Notes: generated from the letters alone by a model not told the origin. A stretch of 64,000 nt of DNA from Takakia lepidozioides (GCA_030704615.1 CM060731.1:66278001-66342000), one strand, 5' to 3'. Positions 23,801-37,293 are shown, counted from the first letter of the stretch. Numbers and translations: made by a program.

Positions 23801-25623
23801 ACTGGCCTCTTTGAACCCATCATTTTCATAGGAGGGGCGCAATACTTTCTCTTGTTCATCGAGAAGCCGCTGCAAGATTGGAATGCCAAATGCAAGTGTC
23901 TTTCCGGACCCTGTTTCAGCTGCACCTATCACATCCTGTACTTCCCCATAAATAAGGCAAAGGCAATCCAATTAGGTCAGAGGCAAACGTGGAAACACCA
24001 CTTATGATGTCTTGACATCACTAATGTCATGGTATCAAGTCACAGGAACATAGTAGAGCAAGAGAAACCAAAGAAAAAATCCAAATCCCACATTCAGGGA
24101 GAGAGAGACAGGTGGACAGTATGTCTAAGAGAGACCCTTGTTCGACAACTTGACAAAGTTTTGTAGCATAGACTCTAACCCAAATTGCCATGCAGAAAAG
24201 GATGGAGGCGGGAAGGATCGGTGACAAGACTAGGAATGCGGTATAGCAAAAAGAGATACTAAGACCAGCTGCAGGTTGTGGAAACCAAACAAACCTTTCC
24301 TTGGTGAGCAGCAGCAGGAATGCATGCCTTCTGAATTGGAGTTGGATCCTGGAAGTGCAAGACAGACAATGCTTTCTCCAGTAATGGATGAAGCCTCAGC
24401 TCTGCCCATGCTGACATATCCATTGCCTCTATCTCTGACCCCAAATTAGGATTGCCTGACTCTACTGTTGCATCATCATCCACCCTTGCCATTTTGATCT
24501 CTTCGCATTTCTGCACATATCCATTCCCTGGAAACACCAGAATTTACTCCTTGCCCACAGTGTATCATGACCTTGTTCTTTCCGTCTTGCTATCCATGAC
24601 AAAGGAGAGGCGTACCCAACATGTCACTCAAACCTTACCTGAGCGTTGCTGTTTTGCAAGCTTTCGTGCCCGAGAACCTCTTTTGGCTTTCTTCTGTTTG
24701 CCAGCCCGGCCTGCTTTCCCTGCTGCTCCGGCTTTAATTGCACCCTCTTGGACGCCCTCAGAAACAGCAACTACTGGCTCCTCACCAACAGCCTCGGATT
24801 TATGCGCTTCTATCTCTAGTTTTGAGCCCCTTTTCAGTTTTGCTGGTTTGGGGGAGGATTCAGCAAACGGAAGAACAGACTCCACGAGAACTTCGCCACC
24901 ATCCAACTCCGATGCCTTCTTCGTGACTGAGGGACCTAACTCCACCAGGGCTGCATTGCTAGAGTCTGATGAAGACACTTTTCTACCTACCTTCCGTCTC
25001 TTCTTCGCCTCAGGTTTTGAGGGTTCATCAGTCACAGTGAGAGCAGACCCTAAGAGATTCCCACTTCTGCCAACATTTGCTCCAGGCCCTTCAAAGGCAT
25101 CGCCATCAATCTCTTCCAAAGACAAAAACCCTGTATGCAAAGAAGACGACAATCTAAGAGCAAGGACATTTTCACAAGACCAACCCTACCGAGGTCAGAT
25201 GGACCCAAAGAAGTAAGGAATCCAACCCTGTCCACCTTAAACCCTAAACCTTGGACACTCTCCGTGAATATGGCCGACATTATGAGACAGGAAATGAAGT
25301 AACGACCACCGAGTCTATGCTTCTCAAACTTTACCCGCCTTTCCCCACACTTCATCCTACTCTTTCTGACCCCTCACTAACAATAATTCGCAGTTAGACA
25401 TCGGCTACAATAAATCGTCATGTAAATTCCCATCATTCATGATACAGCGAACAATACCTCCTTCGTCGCTTCCAACCAGAATGGCGAGAGAGTCAGAGGG
25501 TGTGACATCCTTCCAGGCCAAATGGCTGCCCCACATAGGAGCTCGAGACCCCCCGGCATCAGTTTTCCGCTTTCTCTTCGCTTTGCTCTTGTTGAGCTCT
25601 CCTTCAGCCACCTCCTTCCCCAT
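17813..25623 (-). CDS. DEAD-box RNA helicase, DDX24/MAK5 (plant RH13) type; 13 exons: 25458-25623, 24639-25130, 24295-24527, 23723-23935, 23136-23312, 22294-22823, 22001-22181, 20778-20900, 20250-20366, 19003-19110, 18593-18733, 18193-18258, 17813-18013
   Basis: Q-motif PTPIQ, motif I AETGSGKT, Ia PTRELA, Ib [26 protein letters not shown] and the DDX24-typical motif [12 protein letters not shown]. All introns are GT..AG by manual reading. Acidic/Lys-rich insertions are typical of DDX24. Confidence 0.9.
19300..20200 (-). mobile_element. Degenerate LINE (reverse transcriptase) remnant in a helicase intron
   Basis: [20 protein letters not shown] (RT domain) and LEYASAMW. Shares a block with 32450-32700 (cagcctccaagtcagcttc.tctagcagggtcagttcttcctgcctaatattcag). 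Confidence 0.75.
21000..21290 (-). mobile_element. LINE 3'-end fragments of the same family
   Basis: tttgccgtagccttgtggccatagacccc at about 21115 recurs at about 31997 and 58315. Confidence 0.6.
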
Positions 25624-25691
25624 CCACCTTCACTTCACCCCCGACGATTTCCTCTCTTTCTCTCGAGATCGAGAAAGAGAACGGGAAAGAG

Positions 25692-25718
25692 AAACCCTAA
25701 ACCCGAAACCCTAAACCC
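25692..25718 (-). promoter_or_regulatory. Telo-box (AAACCCTA x2) about 70-95 bp upstream of the DDX24-type helicase start
   Basis: aaaccctaaacccgaaaccctaaaccc. Telo-boxes are typical of plant ribosome-biogenesis gene promoters and 5'UTRs. Confidence 0.6.
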
Positions 25719-25984
25719 CAGAATGCTCTCTTCTCTCCCTGCAGGCTCTGCGCCTCCTTGCTTTACTGTTAAGGTGATGGACTGTTAACGTGACTGTTTG
25801 TTAACGCTAATGATCTAGACGTTTGTTAACATATATTTGTAACCGTTTTTGTATTCCCGTTTGTTACCCTCGGATCTCATAAAATGGTGAGAGGCTCCAT
25901 TCATTATGACATGCTGGCGTTATGTCACCCCAATCCAGTCATCCCATCTGATGTCACCCCGCTCGTGGGGAGCGACTTAGGCGA

Positions 25985-26075
25985 GCTGAATGCTTGCACC
26001 ACACGAGCTTCACTGGAGAAGGGCACAAAGGTTCACGCAGACATCATCAAAGCTGGAAATTGCAGGGACACCTTC
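25985..26075 (+). pseudogene. Isolated PPR motif fragment
   Basis: LNACTTRASLEKGTKVHADIIKAG is an L-type PPR motif with no flanking repeats. Confidence 0.55.
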
Positions 26076-26590
26076 GTCTCTAAATGGGAGACAACTGTGC
26101 TGAAAATGCGTACAAGATGCAGGAAGGTCATTAAACTCGGAGAACATCGGTCTGTAATCTTCAAGGGTTACAACTTAGATCTTCCACTCACCTTGATCAT
26201 GAGTGAGGCTGCGAAACAAGCAGAATGCACCCAGAAAAGGCTTGGCATTTGTCGCTCATTTTATAAAGCAGTTTCTGTCATATCTGGGCTCATGTTTGCA
26301 TTTTCCCAGACAACGATAGAAGACCAGCTAGAGCTTTTCAGATTCCTTCCAGTGGGTTTAGGGCGCTCTAAGAACTGTGGAACACGATGAGTGCTCAGTA
26401 CAACAGATCGAAAAAGACTGGAGGCTCATCTATCTCCAACATGACATTGAGTTGCAGAAGGGAAGAGCCAGCAGTCAGTTTACCTTCCCAATACAGTTGC
26501 AACTATCTTCCACTGTTCTTTATTGCCTCTTTCAGGGTTGTCCATGCCAAAACCCCGCTTTTATAGTCATTGGCTCAAAATCTTCATCCG

Positions 26591-26623
<33 letters not shown>

Positions 26624-26781
26624 CTTCAATACGTCTGGGGAAGGCCCAAAGGACCCAAGGGACAAACCATACATCAGTTTCGGTACAGCTAAAAGGAGAG
26701 AGAGGGATGACATCAAAGTCAGCGTGCAATACGAAATGCTCCAGACTATGATTCACACAATTTTCCTCTCCTGTTCGGGCA

Positions 26782-27327
26782 CTATGGGGATTCTCCCCGC
26801 GCTGATCCCAACTCCCGCACATAATAGAAAAGCTCACCACGTGATCCTGCTAGTAGCTCACAAGTTTCATCACCATCAACAATTGCTAGGTGGTGGGGCA
26901 GCGCATTTTTTACCGCCACCATTGCCACTTCTATCTTCTCTCTCCAGTTTTTGATCTCCTCCAAAAGCGATGGCAATGCTGCATTGGCCGCAGCTAGTCT
27001 CCCCTCCAAAGACGCCATCTCGGCTGCCCATTTGTCTTCATCTTTCTCTCTCTCGTTTGCCCTGGCTGCATCCAACGCTGGACCTGCCTTTGATACATCG
27101 CCAATATGGGATTCTACAGGCCCGGCAGCTGGCTCCACCTGCTCCAAGTGTGACGTAAAGGATTCAACCCTCTTCTCTCTGTATGCCAACACTTTGGCAG
27201 CGAGATCTCGCACCTCCTTCTCCAGAGCCACAATTTCTGCCTCCTCTACCTCACTGTCTTCAGCAACCTCCTCGAGTTTTCCATCCAGTGGCAGGCCCTG
27301 TGCATCTTGCCCAGTCTTTTCTTGCAT
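26782..27327 (-). CDS. Small acidic coiled-coil protein (about 180 aa), uncharacterised; exact termini uncertain
   Basis: Open frame with protein-like composition and two heptad segments (EIVALEKEVRDLAAKVLAYRE; EMASLEGRLAAANAALPSLLEEIKNWREKIE). First in-frame ATG is at 27327. Confidence 0.6.
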   Translation of the reverse strand: MQEKTGQDAQGLPLDGKLEEVAEDSEVEEAEIVALEKEVRDLAAKVLAYREKRVESFTSHLEQVEPAAGPVESHIGDVSKAGPALDAARANEREKDEDKWAAEMASLEGRLAAANAALPSLLEEIKNWREKIEVAMVAVKNALPHHLAIVDGDETCELLAGSRGELFYYVRELGSARGESP

Positions 27328-29032
27328 TATCTCTTTGCTTCTGCTTCCCTCCAATCTAGTTTGGTGTCTCCCGAAGGAAGTTCACAAGAGAGAGAGAAGG
27401 CGGGAAATGGAGTACTGGGTTTGAAATGTTTTACATACCCCCATTGGCTTTGTTAGATGGTAACTGGGTGTATATATGATAAACAAGGTGATCACTGAAC
27501 TCTGTCTGCTTACTGTTCCGAGTTTCTAAGGGAGCCTTATTGCACTCAATCTTGTCTTGGAAGATTAAGCTGCTCTAGTTCAAGCAAACCCCTGTAGATC
27601 AGGAACTGAGAGATGTGAGAGAGTAGATTCCATGCTCTGCTGCTTCTGAAGCTTTTTTGAAAGATACAACTTCGGAGAACAGAGAGACCAGATTCAATGA
27701 AATCTAGTGGAGCTCGTCAAGCCTTCCTGCAGAGGTACAGATTGGGGTTTGTTGGGCATTTCGCAGGTAGGTCAACAGGTTAATGAGGATGCATTTTCCC
27801 CCTTGTTGACCCACTACTGACTGGGCTCGGGAAGATACATTAGGATGCACACAGGACTGGGTAAAGGATGCTACTTCTTGTTAGGTGCTGGACAACTCTT
27901 CATACTGCTTTATCTGTATGTATTCAGTGATCATCATATACGCTGCACAAGTTCTCACAGAGTCATCAAACTGCAAGTGCAGCCCAGCTCTGTGCACAGT
28001 TTCTCTGCAATAGAAGATTGCATGATTTACATACTCCAAAGAAACTCTGCTGCATCCCCATTTTGTTAGCACTACACAGAAAGCTGTGTTTAATTAGTAC
28101 AGTCCCAAGCCGATCACAGATGAACTACACTGCCAGTCACACCACGGCCAAACCAGCACTTTTAAGTCCAATATGAAAGGTTTTGGACTTATATACAAAA
28201 TCAAAGCTCGAGACAATTGGACATTTGAAGGAAGGTGGTGAGCAGCAGGAACACTGGGACGCAGACACTGCCATAGTATACAAACATGTTGACAGGTCAA
28301 ACAAATGCCCTTCTATATGCGCCATTTATTGCCAATATTAGGCAACATCCACACTGTTGATTAATCTGAGCACCTACGCATTGAAGTGTGCTTGCTGTCC
28401 ACTGCTCGGTCCCAAAAGGTGTCCATGGGGGCAGACATCAGCTTCCAACTGGTGATTCGTCTTGGCACATTTTCAAAAGAACGAGTCCAACAAGACTAGG
28501 ACTTTCAAGACCTCAAAAACAATACCCTAGTTACTCAGATTCACAGCCACACTAGTCCCTTGTCCCCATGCAAAACACACCCACATCAAATACACTCCAA
28601 ATAAGCAAGAGAGAGAATGTGCTAGTAAGATGTTTGCTGTAGAGAGAGAAAGAGAGGCATATAGTGAATCAATGAGAGTGACATCACTCTTTCACTCATT
28701 GACTGGTGAAATGCCGTGGCACAATGCCACACGTGAACTCTTGAGAGAGATGATGGAAGATGCTGCAGACATGGCAACCACTCACCTAACTGTCCTTAGA
28801 GCTAACCCTGGTACTCACAGACCAGAGGCCTCGCACGATTGGGACCCCGTATCTGAGGAAGACAGATGTCAAATATGGCCTCGAAAGTCCTCCTTTAAAA
28901 GCCTGTTAAAATTTTCCCTTACTCTTGTGCTAGAACACTGCCACCAAATTCCCCTGCAAGAGAGCAGACCATGAACCTTCAGCAGCTCCACACACGCGCA
29001 TGTCTTGAGGTATTCTGCTCCACCAGACCAAG

Positions 29033-32000
29033 TTACCGGCAGTATATGGTGCGGTCTATCTGTGGTGGAATTGATTTGATCTCAGTCCCCAGCTCTTGCT
29101 CAATTCGGTATCTGCATAAACCAGTGACATTCCTTCCCTTACAAAGCTGGATGTAGAATGGCACCACTTGACAATTTGACTAAGAAAAACAAAGATGGTC
29201 CAACCAGTATAAAATAGTGATGGCAACTCATCACTCGCTTGACAACTTTTGGCTTGCATCAAGAGATCATGATGGCCAACTTACAGGTTGAAACGGTCTT
29301 CGTAAGTGATCAGGTTTACTGCAAGTCCAAGATGACCAAACCTTCCTGAACGACCGACCTGAACCAAAAGAAAAGAAACACCATTTAGGAAGGACTGTGA
29401 CATCACAAACTATATTCATGAATTCTTATCCAGCAGTTTCTAAACCATTTCTTCCAAGTACAACTCCAGGTGCATCGCATCCTTAGTGCATTATTACACA
29501 CGACCCGCAATTTGGCAGCCAATCGAGCCTCTCCCTGAAGATAGTTCTGTCAAGCCTAACAATCAAAATTCACCAAGAGCAAATAAAATCTTGAGTCCAC
29601 GGCATACTCTGTGAAGATACGTTTCCGAATTCTTTGGGAAGTCAAAATTGATAACCACGTTCACAGCTTGGATATCTATTCCCCGTGTAAACAGATCTGC
29701 CACGAGCACACCCACCTGATCCCGTTAAACTCGTTTTTGCACGTACGGACTAGGAAAAAGGACCACAACCTTGCTATTGAGGAAATACAGGAAGATTGGA
29801 GCTGGGAGGCAGTACACTGGGTAGCTTCGTGGCCATAAATGTTCAAGTTGCAGAGAAGGCAGGAGTGCTATGCACATGGATAGAAGCAAACGACAAGCTG
29901 CCTACCACAGTTTGCGGCACATTAAGGTCCACCTTTGTCTTGCAACATTGTCCTAGTAAGTTGGAGCTCTAGATCTGCAGTCACCCTCCATAATACTAGT
30001 GCTTTATAAAGGAACTGATCCCATGACATGCATCCAAATTTCCATTATACCCACAATTAACAGCTCCAAACTGTGAGCCAGAAACACATCTCTCTGCATC
30101 TGAACCAAGGCTGAGCAGCCCTCCTTTGGAAGAGGCTGGCACACTCCTCCCTAAGCAGTACTGCAGATTGCATGCAGATGGTGGCATGCAATCTCTTGCA
30201 GAAGCAGTGATGGATAAAAACTAGTGTCATACCTGACTCACTTCACTTCTACCAGAAAAATGAAAGAAACAAAGGGACTTGCTAACGTCCAAGGGAAACT
30301 GGAAGGAGCTTGTGGGACAAAGGAAAATAGAAAACAAGATAGAAAAGTGAGGAAAGGTGGAGACAGGGAAGGTAGGCTGCTGAAGTTGATACCCGATGAG
30401 ACCAGGTTTCGGCAGGCCCCATTTCTGAAGTCATGAAATACTCTGTTTCGGTGTGACTGTAGCATCTTCGCATGGATATAGAAACACGAATATCCAAGCT
30501 CTGTAATCTTCTTAGCCAGCAGCTCCACTCGGTTCACCGAATTGCAAAAGATGATAGACTGGTTGATTTGCAGCTGTCAGGCAACCCTCATTCACAATTC
30601 AGGTTGCTTCTGATGTTATGTCTTCACTAAACTTGAAAAGCTGCACTGGATTCTGAAACAAGCATATTAAGCAGACCACACCAGGACTGCCCACACAGCA
30701 GTGCAGTAGCATGCTGCACCAGCCTCTTCATGGCAGAAAAGCTGAAAATCTCTGATGATTTTAAGCATTCAGAGCATGCATGGCATACTTGAAGTTACCA
30801 CGAGTGCCTAGAGAATAGCATAGAAAGACCTCATAAGTGATGCACAATACATGTCTGAGAATACTCACGAAGTCCCTACCTGAACAACTATTCTTTTCCA
30901 GTTCAGCAATAAGTGAACAACAAGAGTAGAAACCATAAGCATACCTTTGAGAACAATGTGTTGAGGCAGTGGATCTTCTGTCTCTCTTCAACAAATGCAT
31001 AATATTGGGTGATACCCTTCAGTGTCAAATCATCCATAAGGTTAATGATATAGGGCTTCCGTAAAAATCTGTCCTTGAATGACTTCACAGTCACTGGAAA
31101 TGTTGCTGAATAGAGCAATATCTGGCGGTTCTCTGGCAGGAACCCAATGAGTTGCTCCACCAGTGGCTGGAACTCTCGTGAGAGGAGCTTGTCAGCCTGC
31201 ACTTATACACATCCCAGTGGTGTCCAAAGCAGCAACCCATTAATAGGACAAAGTTAGAGCTGAGCTTCTCACAAAGATGCTGTGCCAATGTCTGCGAAGT
31301 GAATTAAACTAATAACAGGTGTAACTAGCCATATCCCTCTACATAGTGGTTCCTCCTACAGACCACACTTCTGGCTAACCCCAGCCAGGCTGGAATTGAA
31401 TCCACTCGAGCACATTAAACTAGCTGTGATCCGATTGCCACTATCACAAGTATTAGAGTGGAGGTACAGTTTTAGCCTTGATATAATTCTTCCTAGGATT
31501 GGTATCCACAATACCACCGCACTCACCTCGTCCATGACCAGCATGGTGCACTCTTGAAGGTTGCAGACACCCTTTTGCGCAAGGTCCAGGACACGCCCAG
31601 GCGTGCCTACCAGCAGGTGCACTGGTTGATACAAACGCATGATGTCGTCACGAAGGCTAGTGCCACCAGTGGTTACCATTATTTGAATGTTCAGATGCTT
31701 CGCTAGCTCCTTGCACACCTGTGATGTCTGCAGTGCTAGCTCCCTTGTCGGAACGAGCAGAAGAACTGCACCATTTCACATCACACCACAGAGAATGTGG
31801 GATGATACATTACATGCTTTCACAAGTTGTACAACATCCACCAGCTATCAACATGTCAAAGACATCTTCCACAGTAAAAATTTAAATCAATTGCAGCAAT
31901 ACCATGCAAAGCAGGAAATCGTCTTCACCAAACGCTTTCAAAAACCCTTTTGGTAATCAGACCAAGGAAGAAAACAAATGTACTCATAATAAGATGTTTG

Positions 32001-35000
32001 CAGTAGCCTTGAGGCCATAGAGACCGCACCAGGACCAGACACTAGCTTTGTGAGGGGCTCACTCCAGTAGTAGGACTTAACTTGATAGTTCAGGCTTTCC
32101 AGATTTCCTCTAGAAAGCCCTTCACACAAGCATCAATCTGCTGTGCATGAGCTGTCAAGCAATTACACCCCAAGAGGACAAGGGCTTTCAGCTCAGCCTC
32201 GAGATTTTGAACAGACGTGCAGGAACTATGTTCTTGATGGTCCTGAAGAGGGTCACTCTCTGACGAAAACACCCCGGACATTGTATCAGAAAATGGATAT
32301 TGACTTCATGCTGCCTGGACATCGGGCCTTGACAATCTCCTTGTCCTCTCTGCATCTGTTTATTGTTCAAAGGTAGACTCCCCGCCCTGAGTTTAGATTT
32401 CAGTGTAGTGCCGAGGGTAGGCAGGCCCTTGACTTAAGGTCCTCCCCTATGTCACAACCTGGACAAGTCCAGGAAAGTTTCATGCCTAACTTTGCCTTGT
32501 TCGGTCATTCTTTGTGCTTCCGAAATGGCCTTAGACAGTTTCAGCCTCCAAGTCAGCTTCGTCTAGCAGGGTCAGTTCTTCCTGCCTAATATTCAGGTAA
32601 TGTCCTCTACTTTTTCTGCCGGGACGGTCATGCTCCCAAGAAATGGAATCTATCAGCTTGGGTATCTGGTATTAGGCATGCGATTCAACTAAACCCATGT
32701 CAAACTGCCCCCTGTTCAAGATCCCCTCCTCCCTCCCCACGGTCATTGAAGGCTACCACCGGGCATTTGCTAATATTGGCTTCTAGCCTCCACAGGTACC
32801 TCTTTGCACAAACAATCAACTCCTGAAGACTGGATGTGGTATCCCCTAAGCAAGCAAAGTCATCTCCATATATACTCTTCGAACTGTCCTGTTTCTTTGT
32901 CATCCTAAGCAGCATTCTATGCGCTTCAAAGCCTTGACAAGTTACTTGCTTATGGCCATACTGCAGCAGTAAGGTGAGTGTACCTTCACCTCTTTCCTGC
33001 TCGTATCCCAAATCAGAAGAACAGCCATGACAGGTAGAGATATAGGGAGGCGTACTAGGTTAACCACTTAGGGCCACCGAGTCTCTCTGTTTACCCGTTC
33101 CATTCTGGTCACAATTTTTCAACAGAAAAACAGGACCAGGCAATTCCTGAGCGGTGTTACTAGAACCTAGTCACATTCAAAGAGAGAGAGAGAACATTAG
33201 CGCATGCTGGTGAAGCATCAACACCTTGAATAGCATTTTTATTTTGATCAATCTTCTCAATGGCCGGAATACTAAAAGCTGCTGTCTTCCCAGTCCCATT
33301 CTTCGCGCGGGCCAGAATGTCAATCCCTGTCAATGCAATTGGGATACTTTCTTCTTGTATTGGAGACGGCCGTTCAAACCCCTTCTCAAAAATGCCCATC
33401 AGCAGCTCTCGCTTTAAGAAGTAATCCTCAAATTCGTTTCCCTTGGTTGCTGTGACATCCTGTTATTCACCAAAAACTGAGGATGGACTCAAGTGACATC
33501 AACACATTCCTGAGATAGACAAACAGTTCAGGCTAATTCCTAGCGGCAGTTGAGGCCCTGCAGCGCTATCTGCCTGATAAACTAAAGCCACTTTTGTATA
33601 ATGTCTTCACTGTCAGGAGTCCCACCCACCCCTTTGGAGAACAATTACATCTTCCTATACAACTCGTCTATTGAGAAACTCGCTGCTAAGTTGGCTTGGG
33701 GCTTGTAACGAAATTCATTTTTCAGTTGCCTTGGATTGTACATGATCTGGACACATTCAAGTGATTCTGTATTGTTTGCAAGAAAGTCACGTGGAGCAAT
33801 ATACTGACAATTCAAATTTTTGGAAAATTAGGTGTGGCATTGTCCTGCGGTGCAAAATTCTAGAAGTTCCCCATACTGATCTTTCTCCTGCATACCTCAG
33901 TCTTGTAACGGGAATCAGCAGGGGGTAATTTGAGTTGAGATTTCCAGTCTTGAGAGCTGCAATGGACACCCAAAATTATACAATCAGTAACAAGCTCCAA
34001 CATGCCTCATGACTTGATAAATTTGCAATTGTAGCATAGTCAGCTGGAGTTTCAGCACTGAGCAGCTTAGTCTGGCTTCACATCCTCACACGAAACGCAA
34101 TGTACATACATTGCATGCCATAGGGACGACCTCCATATGCATGACACATCATAAGTATCCATTAACATAACCCTTTTTAAAGAACCAAAACATTGAACCC
34201 AGAGGAGAGTATACAGGTGTGTAGAATATTTGCTTAAGCATCAGTATCCCATGGGAAGTAGATCATGAGGATTCGAGTCATCTCCCCATAAGGGATCACT
34301 GTCACTATGTTTGCATGCTTATTCAGAGCGAGCTCAAAACCCTACTGCACGATTTGAAGACAAACTACACAGACTGATTAACAATGAAGACAGACTGCTT
34401 CAAGACAGTTGAGAGGGAGAGATTGGAGTGGGAAACAACATTTCACTTGATCTCAAGTCAGCAATGCTCACGGGTAGTGCTCACCAAAACACTTAAGGTA
34501 GCTTTACATGTGGGCGACAAATTGCAGAAATACATTTGTTTGAGTACATCAACATGCTGAGAAGAGTGTAGAAGACAGGCAACCTGATACCACATACTGA
34601 GAGAAGGCAAGCGGCAACCAAAAAGGGAAACAAAGATGGGATGAAGTAGAGGGGGTACTTAGAAATAAAAACAAAACTAATTTCGACTGCGACAGAAAGG
34701 CTCCGAGGTCATAAAGTTCCCACTCAGTAAATATACTTCTCCATACGCAACGAACTTAAAAAATAGAGGATCCAAGCTGTACAGGAAAGAAGGAAGATGC
34801 TGGCAAAGTGAGAAAGGTAAATGTGACGTGCAGAAAGAAATGGTCAATACACAGAAGGAGAAACAACACCAGATGCTCCCAGACAGAAGGTAAAACCCGA
34901 AAGACCGACAAACGCTGCTGGGCAAAGGGAAAGATGCAGAAAATGCATCAGTAGGCAAACACATTGACACACTGCAAGACTTTTGGAAGAGTGGCGCCCA

Positions 35001-35245
35001 TTCAGAGAAATATAGAACAGCAAAAACAGCCAGATGGAGGACAAGAGAAACAGATATGTCCTCGAAAACGAGGCTCCTGTAGATTCAAATGCGATTGCTT
35101 CAAACCACACTTGCCCTAACTTGGCCTACCAAAGAATAACTAGAACCAGACAGAGATGAAGAGCAGACTTGTTGTTGCGGGAGCTATTGGAGGGGGCCGC
35201 CCTGGATGAAGACGTTGGAGCAGGCCCGCCCCTAGGCGCGGCCAT
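29033..35245 (-). CDS. DEAD-box RNA helicase, DDX6/Dhh1 (plant RH6/RH8/RH12) type; 9 exons: 35169-35245, 33896-33956, 33225-33459, 31527-31765, 30945-31196, 30393-30573, 29608-29696, 29285-29358, 29033-29111
   Basis: [74 protein letters not shown] and a C-terminus [16 protein letters not shown] introns with consistent phase by manual reading. Confidence 0.93.
31980..32880 (-). mobile_element. 5'-truncated degenerate LINE in an intron of the DDX6-type helicase
   Basis: RT remnant YGDDFACL...LQELI...[10 protein letters not shown], plus 3'-end sequence shared with the 19.4, 21.1 and 58.3 kb copies. Confidence 0.75.
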
Positions 35246-36999
35246 TTGCGCGCCTCTCACGGCGATCGCTTGCTCAACCAGAGCCTACACACTGTTGCGT
35301 AGTCCCTTCCTCTCTTTCTCTGCTTCCTTCCTCTCTGCCAACCTGATTGCTAACCCTAAGTGCATCTCTCACTCCCTCCCGTGCCCCCGGAGCTGTAGCA
35401 AAGCCATAACTTAGTGCGAGGAAGCGAGCAAACGAGCGAGCGAGCGGGAGAGCGCAGGCCGAGTACTTACAGCAGCGCTCGTCTTCTCTCTTCTCTTCGC
35501 TCTGCTCCTCCCCACCATGCGGCAAACCGCGCGGACCCCGCCCACCGCGCGGTTTCCCCTTTGGGGTGGAACGTTGTGGGAACGCGTTCAGTAGAAGCAT
35601 GGGGAGGGGCCGCGAACAGCCGCGTGGCGCACAACGTGCCTGCGCAGGCGACCGACCAGCCGCCCGCGGGGGGGCCCACGGGCATCGTGCGCCCGACCCC
35701 GCTAGCCTGCCACGGCCCGTGCTGCGCACGGGTGCGTGTGTAAGACTTAGGAACAGAAGCGACTCGCGAGCTTTGAAAAGCTTGGATTCAATTTCATGGC
35801 TGTTGACCGTTGCTCAGAGACGAATCTAGACGAGGAAGATTACGGGGAATGATCCGGGCCCGAGTTTGTGAGATGTTTGTCCATTTCCAGTTGTGACACT
35901 TCTCGCGGTGTCATCAGTGTTGTTTGTGTAGGGATACGTTACAAGAGGGTTGGCTGCTTCTGTGCGTGGGTCCGGGGTTGAATGTTGGACTAGGTGTTAT
36001 GGAGGAAGGCATGGAGCATTCGTAGAAGGGAGGAAGAATGAGAGTGAGGAAGAAGATGTAGGTAGGTCTGCAGGGTGTTGGATTGTGAAAGAATGGCATC
36101 AGCTGGCAGAGGATCCGAGCGGCCCACATGATTGAATGGATGGAGTTGGCAGGCCGTTGACGTCAGGTCTGCTGCTTTTGATTGTCACATGTGGGGGACC
36201 CATTCACCCTTTCCACAGACTGCGGAACCCATGAAAGTTAGATCCTTGTCAAGGTCACCCAAATATTGTGAAGATTGGGCTTCATATGCGAAAAGGCCGG
36301 TGCAGAATGCGTGCAGCTTGTTGGATATGAGATTTGTGAGACCAGTGATGAGTCCTGTGTGGAGATTGCGTCCAACTCTCCCTAGGGGTTTGAAGCCGTG
36401 CGGATTGGAGTTTGTATGACGTGCATGAGGACAAGCAAAGGAAAGTCCTTCTTTATCCTTGTTATGTTTGCGACCACTGGCTTCTAGAGCCTTGCAAGTG
36501 ACGGAGTGTCTGAAGTCTGAAGTGATGAAAGCTGTGCGTTTGCAGGTTTATCTTGACATGTCAGGGAATTATTTCTCGACTTGGGTCATGCGGCCCCTTC
36601 ATTGGGAAAATGGATCACAATGCTGAGCGGTAATTTGATTGCTGTCAAAGTCCTTGACCGAGTCCCAAGCAGCTATAATTGATGGGATCTGTTGGAAGCT
36701 ACTTTTGAAGGCGCTTCTTGCAGCACTGGTGGTTTGTATGTGCAAATTTATAAATACCTCTGTGGTGAAAGGCAAGACAGCAGAGCCCTCTTGCAGGATA
36801 GAAAGGCAATACTGCAATGAACCTAGAGATCTTGTTAGCTATGTGATGTTTTACTGCAGATATACTGGAATGTAAGTAGACAAATGTGAACGTGTTGCCA
36901 AAACAAGCGTAAGTTATGGTGTCACTTGACCCCCAAGGGCTACAGTCCGGTGGGAAGATAGACAGACACGGGATGTAAGACAAGTTTAACTAGAGTTTC

Positions 37000-37285
37000 A
37001 TTCAGAGATTGTGGTGACTGTACAATCGACAAAACATGGTAAGGTAGGAAGTCTCAAACATCCATCTCCAGAACTTGTCTTTGCTGATTCTGGTTATATC
37101 TTAGATTTGGAGTTAGGGTGAAAAATAATCTGTCGACATAAGAGAGAATGCCCATGCATGAAATAAATTCACACACACAGCTCTTCGATTTCGAGGAATA
37201 GGAAGTTATGTTTCAGTAGTGCCTACCATCCTGACATAGATGCCCAGACAGAAAAGACGAACAGAACCTTGGATGGGCTTTCTGA
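37000..37285 (+). mobile_element. Ty3/gypsy integrase remnant
   Basis: agtagtgcctaccatcctgacatagatgcccagacagaaaagacgaacagaaccttg translates to SSAYHPDIDAQTEKTNRTL, close to the consensus S(T/S)AYHPQTDGQTERxNR. Confidence 0.6.
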
Positions 37286-37293
37286 TTACTTAA

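Noticed and set aside
24452-25216. 254-aa plus-strand ORF
   Set aside because: Antisense shadow of helicase exon 2 with no recognisable motifs.
35169-35829. Several overlapping GC-rich ORFs
   Set aside because: This is the GC-rich promoter/5'UTR of the DDX6-type gene, where stop codons are rare by composition.
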